The translations under genes and the position numbers were made by a program. Shown piece by piece: positions 1-7,403 of a stretch of DNA of 18,871 nt. Source of the DNA: Nitrosospira multiformis ATCC 25196 (GTDB lineage: Bacteria; Pseudomonadota; Gammaproteobacteria; Burkholderiales; Nitrosomonadaceae); the NCBI RefSeq assembly GCF_000196355.1, contig NC_007615.1, forward strand, positions 1 to 18,871. Direction: 5' to 3'. Positions within the stretch are counted from its first letter, which is position 1, and each line of letters begins with the position of its first letter. The notes beneath the pieces are model-generated. The model saw only the letters and a program-made list of their open reading frames with translations, was not told the origin of the DNA and did no database searches.

Positions 1-6
1 TCCAAA

Positions 7-270
7 GTCCGAGGTTTGGCTCCCACATGTCCGAGGTTTGGCTCCCAATAAGTCCGAGGTTTGGCTCCCAGTTCGATTTTACAGGGTGATTTTTTTAAAA
101 AATTACCCTGATTTTCACTCCAAAGTCCGAGGTTTGGCTCCCACATGTCCGAGGTTTGGCTCCCAATTCACTTTTTAATGTGGATAAAACAGGTTAAAAG
201 TCCGAGGTTTGGCTCCCAATTCAACTCTTCACAGGTAGTTTTTACCTCAAAGTCCGAGGTTTGGCTCCCA
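7..270 (+). repeat. Iteron array: 7 exact 19-bp direct repeats (7-25, 29-47, 52-70, 125-143, 147-165, 200-218, 252-270)
   Basis: Exact GTCCGAGGTTTGGCTCCCA at each coordinate; 22-23 bp periodicity within clusters. Confidence 0.97.
82..110. repeat. Near-perfect AT-rich inverted repeat inside the iteron array
   Basis: CAGGGTGATTTTTT / AAAAAATTACCCTG, 14-bp arms with one mismatch and a 1-nt centre. Confidence 0.85.
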
Positions 271-770
271 ATTAAAACCAAAAAATTTCTATAAGAATTT
301 GAATAATAAAAATATTTTACCTGTGGATAACTCCCTATTCTTTTCTTCTTTTAATCATATAAATATATTAGTCTTGTAATACCCATTGTGGATAACCTCA
401 AAAGTGACACCATCAATTTTCATTGAACAACTATAGCTTAACAAGAAAGAAACAATCTCACTGCCAGCAAACTCTCTAGGAATCAAAATAAAGCCATTCT
501 GACGCTATAAAAAGAAGCTGAAGCACCAACCCCTACAGACAAGAATAAAAAACGCTCCTATGGGCTTTATTTTGCGTTTAACAAGGCATTTGAAAATGAG
601 CTTTTCCTTACCATCAAATTTCCGGTCCAATCATCAGCACACAATCCCCAAAACTGTCAGTCATATCACTAACTAAAACGCGAATTACTAATTTCTTTGA
701 CAACCATAAAGAAGAGTAGCAAGATGTGGAAATGTCCGACAAAAAAGCGTTTGTCTACCAATTTCCATCT

Positions 771-846
771 TGGCAAGGGGGAAGTGCTGCGCTTTCCCCC
801 GTTGCATCCCCCATAGCCCTAACACTTCGCATTAAGAGGAAGTGCT
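771..846. promoter_or_regulatory. Candidate oriT region upstream of mobC/relaxase
   Basis: Inverted repeat GGGGGAA (777-783) / TTCCCCC (794-800), extendable with a bulge to GCAA/TTGC, and a second inverted repeat CACTTC (823-828) / GAAGTG (839-844); located directly upstream of the mobilization genes. Confidence 0.45.
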
Positions 847-849
847 TCA

Positions 850-1188
850 ATGCCTCGACCGAAAAAAGAGCAAGCACAAAAACGTCCCCATCGGATAAGT
901 ATTCGCTTATCCGATGATGAGCTTTTACACATCAGAGAAAGGGCAAATCAGGCAGGAGGCTCCACCAGCAAATATCTTCGCAAGGCAGCATTATCTGGAA
1001 AAGTTGTCATACAGCAGAAAACCGGCAATGGGCCAATAGTGCGTCAGCTCTTAGGGATTGGAAATAACCTGAACCAGTTGACGCGCATGGCACATATTCA
1101 TGGTGGCCATGACAGGGAGAAACTTCGGGAGGTTTTAAACGATGTTCAAACCGTGGTGATGAGATTTATCGATGATAGTCAAGATTAA
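850..1188 (+). CDS. mobC: MobC-like mobilization accessory protein
   Basis: 112 aa; RHH-like N-terminus (RISIRLSDDELLHIRERA) and MobC-like C-terminal pattern (IGNNLNQLTRMAH); overlaps the relaxase ORF. Confidence 0.8.
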   Translation: MPRPKKEQAQKRPHRISIRLSDDELLHIRERANQAGGSTSKYLRKAALSGKVVIQQKTGNGPIVRQLLGIGNNLNQLTRMAHIHGGHDREKLREVLNDVQTVVMRFIDDSQD

Positions 1189-2368
1189 CCGCCGAGGGCA
1201 TAGCTTTAAGGGAGTAGTCTCTTATCTTATGCATGATAAGGATGCTACTAGCGCAGAACGGGTAGCGTGGTGGGAAACGGGCAACCTACTTACTAATGAC
1301 CCAAAAGAGGCAGCCAAGGTAATGGCCTACACTGATATGAATTCTGAACAATTGAAACGGGATAACCAAGGTAGCTTAGCAGGCCGTCAGGCTACGGCAG
1401 GCGCGGTATATCATTATTCTCTGTCATGGGCACATGGTGAAAATCCCAACCCTGAGCAGCAAAAGACGGAAGCAAAAGCAACCCTTGAACAGCTAGGGCT
1501 GGATAAGCACCAATATCTCATGGTTGCCCATAATGATACGCAACACGCGCATTTACATATCGTGGTTAATCTCACTGACCAGGAAACCGGCAAACGCAAT
1601 ATACCTAGTTACGACAAACGGGAATTGCAAAGTTGGGCCTTGGAGTATGAACGCACCCACGGGATATATTGTGACCAGCGGGTAGAAAACGTGCATAAAC
1701 GCGAGCAGGGCAACCCCACCAAATACCGGGACGAAAAGCAGAGCTATGCCGGAAGGGTTACTGAAGCTTATAAGCAGGCAGATAGTGGTAAGGCTTTCGC
1801 AGCAGCTCTTGAAACCCACGGTTTAACCCTTGCCCAGGGACGGCGAGGCGGCTTGGTGATTGTTGACATGCAGGGCGATATCCAGAAACTGGCCCGTCAG
1901 ATTGACGGTGCAAGCACGAAGGAAATTAAGGCGCGCCTTTCCGACCTTGACATAGACAGCCTGCCCCTGGCTAATGAGCTGGCAAAAAAGCGACAGGAAA
2001 CAACCCTGCCTGAGCAAGCGGAACCACAAGCGCAGGCAACACCTCCGGCAAGCGCGGTACGACAGCCAGCCAATATTTATGAATACAAAGAGGCAATACA
2101 GGGCAACAACAATCCTCCACCTGCCAGCCTGAATGAATTTTCATCAATGGTTACAAAAACCATGCAGGAAAATAATGGTGAACTTCACATGAATGACGGC
2201 CTTACCTGGTGGCAACGGCCTGTAGTCAGTCAGGCAATGCGGGATTGGGCTATAGAAACAGCAAAAGAAATCCTGGACATGGCCAAGGACAAATGGCAGG
2301 AATTTGTCAGGCGCTTTGATACCGGCCCTGAAAATCATGAGCGTGACGGACATGAAAGGGAAAGGTAA
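1172..2368 (+). CDS. Relaxase / mobilization nuclease (VirD2/MobA-like)
   Basis: 398 aa; N-terminal motif with Tyr (GVVSYLMHDKD) and a three-His metal motif HNDTQHAHLHIVVN; downstream of MobC. Confidence 0.9.
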   Translation: MIVKINRRGHSFKGVVSYLMHDKDATSAERVAWWETGNLLTNDPKEAAKVMAYTDMNSEQLKRDNQGSLAGRQATAGAVYHYSLSWAHGENPNPEQQKTEAKATLEQLGLDKHQYLMVAHNDTQHAHLHIVVNLTDQETGKRNIPSYDKRELQSWALEYERTHGIYCDQRVENVHKREQGNPTKYRDEKQSYAGRVTEAYKQADSGKAFAAALETHGLTLAQGRRGGLVIVDMQGDIQKLARQIDGASTKEIKARLSDLDIDSLPLANELAKKRQETTLPEQAEPQAQATPPASAVRQPANIYEYKEAIQGNNNPPPASLNEFSSMVTKTMQENNGELHMNDGLTWWQRPVVSQAMRDWAIETAKEILDMAKDKWQEFVRRFDTGPENHERDGHERER

Positions 2369-2370
2369 CC

Positions 2371-2787
2371 ATGATTGATTCCTTCGATGAGTTCCGCAAA
2401 CAGGGCATGGCTCAGGCAAGTCAGGAGAAAGCAGCTCCCGACCTTGTTATTAACCGTCCTGCGCGTCAACCTTACGAAGCTTTCGCGGCCAAGGATAAGG
2501 TGCTGCGTCTCGATATCCGCTGCCCCAGCAGCGATATGGGGCATAGCCTGCCCTACAACTACATTACCAATATTACCTACAAACTCAGCGATTACAGCGA
2601 GATTTTCCTCACTGTCAGTGGAATAACAGTAACTATTACCGGCAAAAACCTGCGTCCTGTTGTAGAAGCGCTAAAACTGCATACCTGCGAGTTTATCCAG
2701 GAATATAGCTCTGATAAATTTATAGAACATGGTGACAGGAACAAGCCCTTTGTCAGCAGCATAACCATAGCAGTTATTGGCAGATAA
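2371..2787 (+). CDS. Hypothetical protein in the mobilization operon
   Basis: 138-aa ORF starting 3 nt after the relaxase stop, same strand; no family recognized. Confidence 0.6.
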   Translation: MIDSFDEFRKQGMAQASQEKAAPDLVINRPARQPYEAFAAKDKVLRLDIRCPSSDMGHSLPYNYITNITYKLSDYSEIFLTVSGITVTITGKNLRPVVEALKLHTCEFIQEYSSDKFIEHGDRNKPFVSSITIAVIGR

Positions 2788-2820
2788 AGCAGGAAAGACT
2801 ACAGAAAAAGGAGAAAAAAA

Positions 2821-3054
2821 GTGAAAAAAGATAGCCTTATGGAAGAGTTTGTTGCTGGAGTAACCGGGGCAATTAATGACATACGGGAAAAAGTTGTTGA
2901 GGAAGGGTGGTTCGGTCGTACTGTAACAACCTCATCACCGGAAGCAGGTTCCAGCAATGCAATTGACACTTGGGAGTCCTATGTGCAGCAGGCGCAACGT
3001 AATGCCCCCGCTGAAAAAGAAGAGATTGCTCCAGGAAATGACATTGACCGTTAG
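2821..3054 (+). CDS. Small hypothetical protein in the mobilization operon
   Basis: 77 aa, preceded by a purine-rich RBS (aaggagaaaaaaa), tightly packed between neighbours. Confidence 0.55.
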   Translation: MKKDSLMEEFVAGVTGAINDIREKVVEEGWFGRTVTTSSPEAGSSNAIDTWESYVQQAQRNAPAEKEEIAPGNDIDR

Positions 3055-3065
3055 CAGGAGCGGCC

Positions 3066-4604
3066 ATGTCCTTTGCAAGCAGCCTGGATACTCCACTACT
3101 GAATCTCTCAGCAAAAGACTCTTTCACCCTGCGCGATGCCTGTAATGGCGTTCATATTTTCGGAGGAATAGGCTCCGGTAAAACCAGCGGTTCAGGAAAA
3201 ACTCTCGCCGGCGCTTATTTGCGTGCCGGCATGGGGGGCCTGGTGCTATGCGCCAAGCCCGAGGAAGTGAATCTCTGGCTTGATTACGCTAACCAGCATG
3301 GACGGCGCAGGTCAGTAATCCTGTTCGATGAAAACGGGGGATTCAACTTCATTGACTACGAGCTGGCACGACAGGGAACAAAGGGCATCAGCAACGTTAC
3401 CGAGTGTTTGTTGCGGGTACTGGAAGCCGCCGACCAGGCCACCGGCAGGCATGGAGGAACATCCGACCAGTTTTGGGTCGATGCTATCCGCCAGATCCTC
3501 AATTACACCATACCCGCCATTTATTCAGCTTACGCCAGGGTAACAGTCAGTGACATCATTTACTTTGTCAGCTCCGCCTCTACAAAACCCGAGCAACTGG
3601 CTGATGATAATTGGGTAGCTGAGAGCTATTACGCCCGGACCTTGCGCCGTGTCATAGAAAATCCGAAAGTGCCGATAGAGGAGAATGCCAGGCAATCCTT
3701 GCTTCACTACTGGTCCACGCAATATCCGGCTATTCCTGAAAAAACCAGGGGCAATATGGTGATTTCCCTGTCCACCCGGCTTGACCGCTTCCGGCATGGG
3801 AGCCTGCAAAAGTCGTTTTGCGGGAATACGGACATAGTTCCTGAAATGACCTTTCATGGGGCAATCATCATCATGAACATGCCAGCCCTGACCTGGAATG
3901 AAGATGGCATTATCGGCCAGCAGCTTTTCAAATTCATGTGGCAGCGGGCGGTTGAATCACGCAATGGGCTGGATAAAACCCAGCATGAACGCCCCGTATT
4001 TCTCTGGGCGGATGAGGCGCAGTATTTTACGAATCTGAAGGACGACCAGTTTTTATCAACCTGCCGCGGCTCCAGAGCCTGCGTGGTATTTCTGACTCAG
4101 ACCCTGCCCAGTTACTACGCGGTTTTTGGTAGGGATAAAAGCGATGCCGCTGACGGGCTGGTAGGAAAATTCAATACCCAGATATTTCACCAAAATGCCT
4201 GCAACCGAACCAACCACTTCGCATCCGAGATGATTGGGCGCGCGCTCCAGCTCCGCAACACAACGGGCAGGAGCACCGGAACCAGCCAGTCGGAGGGTTT
4301 GAGCCAGGGTAGCAGTGAAACCTCCGGCCATACGCGCGGAAATAGCGGTTACGGTAAATCAGGTGGAAGCGGGGAAAATATCGGGAGCAATATAGGTATG
4401 GGAAGAACCGAAACCTTCAGCACCGGTGCTAGCGAGCAGATGGATTATCTGGTTCAGCCAATGTTTTTTGCCAGCAATCTTAAGTCAGGAGGCAAAAAAC
4501 ATGGCAATCAGGTTTCCGCCCTGTGGTTTAAGGTGGGGGGCCATTTTCAGAACGCAATCGGCGCTAAAGGCGGCAATACGCTGCATGTTACTTTCAGACA
4601 ATGA
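3066..4604 (+). CDS. VirD4/TraD-like type IV coupling protein, soluble form without N-terminal TM domain
   Basis: 512 aa; P-loop HIFGGIGSGKTSGSGKT; Walker B-like VFLWADEAQYF; VVFLTQTLPSY and TLRRVIENPK as in T4CP/TraM-recognition ATPases. Confidence 0.85.
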   Translation: MSFASSLDTPLLNLSAKDSFTLRDACNGVHIFGGIGSGKTSGSGKTLAGAYLRAGMGGLVLCAKPEEVNLWLDYANQHGRRRSVILFDENGGFNFIDYELARQGTKGISNVTECLLRVLEAADQATGRHGGTSDQFWVDAIRQILNYTIPAIYSAYARVTVSDIIYFVSSASTKPEQLADDNWVAESYYARTLRRVIENPKVPIEENARQSLLHYWSTQYPAIPEKTRGNMVISLSTRLDRFRHGSLQKSFCGNTDIVPEMTFHGAIIIMNMPALTWNEDGIIGQQLFKFMWQRAVESRNGLDKTQHERPVFLWADEAQYFTNLKDDQFLSTCRGSRACVVFLTQTLPSYYAVFGRDKSDAADGLVGKFNTQIFHQNACNRTNHFASEMIGRALQLRNTTGRSTGTSQSEGLSQGSSETSGHTRGNSGYGKSGGSGENIGSNIGMGRTETFSTGASEQMDYLVQPMFFASNLKSGGKKHGNQVSALWFKVGGHFQNAIGAKGGNTLHVTFRQ

Positions 4605-5188
4605 AACCCCATCCTTTTATCTTTCTGATAGGTAGCAATGCTATATGCGCTCTGCTGCTGATTGCGCTAGGGGCGGTGATATTTGACTGGTCACAGGGGA
4701 TACCGCAAAACCCCCTGGTTATCGCCTCTTTATTCGCTCTCGCTATTTATTCTTTTCGCGCTAACCAGCGCGTCACGGCTTATAAGAAATTCCAGGGCGA
4801 ATGGGATGCTATCGGTGGAAAACAGCTTAAGCCCAGGCGTAAATCGCAAATAGTCGCTGCGGTTTTTCTATGGCTGATTTCGCTTTACATTCTTCTTAAG
4901 ACTCCCCGCGAAAGCGACCGGCTTCTTTATGACCTGGTGTTGGGTGTCTTTTTTATTCCTTTTACCCTGTGGTTTTGCTACCTGTTTCTGCACAACTTTC
5001 CCGGATTGGCGGTTAATCTCTTCCGTCGTGGCAAAAGCCGAAGCCATACTCCAAAGGATTATATTGTCAGCCACTGCCAGTCAGTACCCAGGAGCGCGGC
5101 AGTAGCAGCGCAGATAAACCGGAATCTTCCCGGTTACTGCAAATCATTACTGGAACAGAAGCAGAATCCAGCCAGGGAAAATAAATAA
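4601..5188 (+). CDS. Multi-pass membrane protein, putative partner of the coupling ATPase
   Basis: 195 aa; about 4 hydrophobic segments (FIFLIGSNAICALLLIALGAVIF, PLVIASLFALAIYSF, IVAAVFLWLISLYILL, LVLGVFFIPFTLWFCYLFL); 4-nt ATGA overlap with the upstream stop. Confidence 0.65.
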   Translation: MKPHPFIFLIGSNAICALLLIALGAVIFDWSQGIPQNPLVIASLFALAIYSFRANQRVTAYKKFQGEWDAIGGKQLKPRRKSQIVAAVFLWLISLYILLKTPRESDRLLYDLVLGVFFIPFTLWFCYLFLHNFPGLAVNLFRRGKSRSHTPKDYIVSHCQSVPRSAAVAAQINRNLPGYCKSLLEQKQNPARENK

Positions 5189-5221
5189 AGCAGGACTTTC
5201 CCACCGCGCCGCACGCTCTTG

Positions 5222-5245
5222 CCCTATATAGGGGGCTGCGAGCGG
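5222..5245. terminator. Possible stem-loop between convergent genes
   Basis: Perfect 12-bp palindrome CCCTATATAGGG (5222-5233) followed by GGGGC...GCCCC; no clear U-tract. Confidence 0.3.
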
Positions 5246-5287
5246 CCCCGTGGAAAAGTCTCTATCCTTGGTTCCTAACTTTCGCTT

Positions 5288-5632
5288 TCAATCCCCTTCA
5301 AACCCACCATCCGCAATATTTGTGAAAAGGAGAATTTCCTCTTCCAGATTCTGTTCAATATCCATATTCTGGTGCGGAATGCCAATAATCTCTATTGTGC
5401 TTTCAACTACCCGGTAAAATATTATGTGGCTGCCTTCCTTGAAACTGCGGTAGCCTTCCTTTACTTCATCTCTTGCCCGTCCCAGCATGGGGTTGTCTGC
5501 CAGCCAGCGCATCCGTTCGCGAAGTTCCAGGGTGTACTTGTCGGCTTGGGATTTTCCCCATTTCTGGATCGTGTATTTACGTATGTTGGTGATATCGGTT
5601 TTTGCGGCCGGCGAGAGGATGTAACGTTTCAT
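5288..5632 (-). CDS. ParE/RelE-superfamily toxin
   Basis: 114 aa; LSPAAKTDITNIRKYTIQKWG, GRARDEVKEGYRSFKEGSHIIFYRVVESTIEIIGIPHQNMD typical of ParE; overlaps upstream antitoxin ORF. Confidence 0.88.
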   Translation of the reverse strand: MKRYILSPAAKTDITNIRKYTIQKWGKSQADKYTLELRERMRWLADNPMLGRARDEVKEGYRSFKEGSHIIFYRVVESTIEIIGIPHQNMDIEQNLEEEILLFTNIADGGFEGD

Positions 5633-5886
5633 GCTTCACTTAACAGTTCGGCAAAAACTGCTTCGCCGTCCACCCCTTCCCCCCTGTTTAGCTGTCCCTC
5701 ACCTACAGCCAGTTTCGCCTGCAACCTTTCAAGTTTCATCTGTTGGTATTCCCGGGCTGACATAACCACGGCAACAGCTCGCCCATGTTTTTCAATGGTA
5801 AGTGGTTCCCGCTGAACGGTGTCCAGCATTTCTCCAAAATTATTTTTTGCCTCTTTGGCAGCAATAGCTTTCATATAAAACCCCAT
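5629..5886 (-). CDS. Phd/YefM-family antitoxin
   Basis: AKEAKNNFGEMLDTVQREPLTIEKHGRAVAVVMSAREYQQM is a Phd/YefM signature; true start probably Met at 5874 (MKAIAAKEAK). Confidence 0.88.
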   Translation of the reverse strand: MGFYMKAIAAKEAKNNFGEMLDTVQREPLTIEKHGRAVAVVMSAREYQQMKLERLQAKLAVGEGQLNRGEGVDGEAVFAELLSEA

Positions 5887-5903
5887 AAATAGCTCTTATA
5901 GCC

Positions 5904-5918
5904 ATAATAGCTATTATA
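5904..5918 (-). promoter_or_regulatory. Autoregulatory operator overlapping the -10 of the phd-parE-like promoter
   Basis: Perfect 14-bp palindrome ATAATAGCTATTAT (5904-5917) overlapping a consensus TATAAT on the minus strand (5913-5918). Confidence 0.6.
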
Positions 5919-6120
5919 TCTATTGATGCAAGCAAAAAATTTTGGAGGATAGGATTATCGACGAGCTGGAGCTGGATTGCTGACACTACGAATCGGATAC
6001 AATCGGGTGAAGACGAAATACGTGGCCTTGAGCGAGGTTGCTATCAAGGGTGAGAAATCATCACAAAGGCCAGCCCTTGGAAGCTAGTCTTTGTTTTTAT
6101 ATGAGCTTCAAAATTTAGCA

Positions 6121-6166
6121 GGAGATAAACTCTCCTTGACATTTTATGTTAGTTCCGCCATATTAT
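6121..6166 (+). promoter_or_regulatory. Promoter of the higBA-like operon with small flanking inverted repeat
   Basis: GGAGA-TAAAC-TCTCC (6121-6135) abutting TTGACA (6136-6141); TATTAT at 6161-6166. Confidence 0.5.
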
Positions 6167-6170
6167 AAAG

Positions 6171-6557
6171 ATGCAGGATGTAAGAAAAACAATAAAACCT
6201 GTGGAGTGGGTCGGCTCAAGTTTCAGGGATTTCCGCGCGTTTCCTGATGCGGTCAAAGATGAAATGGGCTATGCGCTACACCAAGCTCAAATAGGTGGCA
6301 AAAGCCTCAGTGCTAAACCGCTTCAGGGGTTTGGGGGAGCCGGTGTTCTTGAAATTGTGACTAATGAGATGGGAGATACGTTTCGCGCTGTTTATACGGT
6401 GAAATTCGCAACGGCCATCTATGTGCTGCACGCTTTTCAAAAGAAATCGAAAAGTGGAATTAAAACACCTGCTGAAGACATGAAACTGATTGAACAAAGA
6501 TTCAAAGCAGCGGAAGCCGATTACAGGCTTCAACTTGAAAAAGGAAAAATATCATGA
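6171..6557 (+). CDS. HigB/Gp49-like (RelE superfamily) toxin
   Basis: 128 aa; KPVEWVGSSFRDFRAFPDAVKDEMGYALHQAQIG...GVLEIVTNEMGDTFRAVYTVKFATAIYVLHAFQKKSKSGIKTP is characteristic of phage Gp49/HigB-like toxins. Confidence 0.88.
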   Translation: MQDVRKTIKPVEWVGSSFRDFRAFPDAVKDEMGYALHQAQIGGKSLSAKPLQGFGGAGVLEIVTNEMGDTFRAVYTVKFATAIYVLHAFQKKSKSGIKTPAEDMKLIEQRFKAAEADYRLQLEKGKIS

Positions 6558-6907
6558 CTCAAGATATTGAAAACACCATTGTGCGCGGTTCCGAAAACCT
6601 TTTTGCAGACCTTGGTTATGCCGACGCTGAAACACATCTGCTTAAAGCTGGACTGGTGAACCGTATTCAGGAAGTTATCAACGAACAAAAAATGACACAA
6701 ACCGTTGCAGCCAAACGTATGGGGCTTAGTCAACCAGATGTGTCACGCCTGCTCAAGGGACATTTCCGCGATATATCCGTAGAACGCCTGATGCGGCTGT
6801 TGACCCGGCTTGGTTGTGAGATTGACATTGTCATCCGGGAGCAAGGTAAAAAAACTTCCCGCCGTAATACCATCCATCTAGGAATGGACGTCAACGTTAC
6901 GGCTTAA
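6554..6907 (+). CDS. HigA-like XRE-family antitoxin
   Basis: 117 aa; HTH MTQTVAAKRMGLSQPDVSRLLKGHFRDISVERLMRLLTRLGCEIDIVI; 4-nt overlap with toxin ORF. Confidence 0.88.
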   Translation: MTQDIENTIVRGSENLFADLGYADAETHLLKAGLVNRIQEVINEQKMTQTVAAKRMGLSQPDVSRLLKGHFRDISVERLMRLLTRLGCEIDIVIREQGKKTSRRNTIHLGMDVNVTA

Positions 6908-6936
6908 TTTCTTAAGGGTGGGGTGAACGTACCATT

Positions 6937-6999
6937 TTAACAGTCGGCAAAAACCGCTTCACTGTCCACCCCTTGACGGCCATTTAACCCGCTTGAAGG
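6937..6999 (-). pseudogene. Decayed 3' fragment of a second phd-type antitoxin gene
   Basis: Reverse strand reads SSGLNGRQGVDSEAVFADC*, matching the intact Phd C-terminus QLNRGEGVDGEAVFAELLSEA; DNA 6937-6974 is about 35/39 identical to 5640-5678 with a 1-nt deletion. Confidence 0.65.
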
Positions 7000-7009
7000 A
7001 GGAACGGGA

Positions 7010-7381
7010 ATGACCAAAGGACTTATTTTTCAGGAAATATGGAACAGCCTGCCATCTGACCGTAAGGCACAGATCGAGGCGCGTACCCGCAAGCTGGAAG
7101 CGGAATATCTGACCTTACAGGAACTACGCAAGGAAGCTGGGCTGACACAAGCCGGAGTATCGCAGGAGCTGGGAATGCCTCAATCCAATGTCTCCCGCCT
7201 GGAGAAAGGGTCTGACATGCTGCTTTCTACCTTGCGTCAGTATGTGGAAGCTGTTGGCGGAAAACTCAATCTCACCGTTGAGCTGCCAAACGAACCCCCT
7301 ATCAGGCTGAATGTGCTGAGTGACCTTGTAGACCACCCACTCACTATAGAAGGTTCGCAGCCGCAGGCACCGGTGCAATAA
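7010..7381 (+). CDS. XRE-family transcriptional regulator / orphan antitoxin-like protein
   Basis: 123 aa; HTH LTQAGVSQELGMPQSNVSRLEKGSDMLLSTLRQYVEAVGGKLNLTVEL. Confidence 0.85.
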   Translation: MTKGLIFQEIWNSLPSDRKAQIEARTRKLEAEYLTLQELRKEAGLTQAGVSQELGMPQSNVSRLEKGSDMLLSTLRQYVEAVGGKLNLTVELPNEPPIRLNVLSDLVDHPLTIEGSQPQAPVQ

Positions 7382-7403
7382 GGGTGGATTCTGCAAGATG
7401 AAA

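Larger units (their letters stand above)
1..400. promoter_or_regulatory. Probable iteron-type origin of replication (oriV): seven 19-bp iterons plus three perfect DnaA boxes and AT-rich DNA
   Basis: Seven exact copies of GTCCGAGGTTTGGCTCCCA; TGTGGATAA at 179-187, 322-330 and 387-395; AT-rich tracts at 86-105 and 270-320; adjacent to rep if the molecule is circular. Confidence 0.9.

Noticed and set aside
1-270. CRISPR array
   Set aside because: Repeats are 19 bp with 3-50 bp irregular spacing, lie beside DnaA boxes and there are no cas genes. They are iterons.
726-917. 63-aa ORF upstream of mobC
   Set aside because: It overlaps the MobC start and the inverted repeats of the candidate oriT, and has no coding signature.
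3066-5188. Full conjugation system
   Set aside because: No VirB-like mating-pair genes are present in the window; only relaxase, MobC and coupling protein, so the plasmid is mobilizable at most.
5372-5815. 147-aa plus-strand ORF opposite the ParE/Phd-like pair
   Set aside because: It is antisense to two genes with clear family signatures.
5936-6110. Possible transposon or gene remnant between the two TA operons
   Set aside because: No terminal inverted repeats, duplications or recognizable translated fragment could be supported by reading alone.
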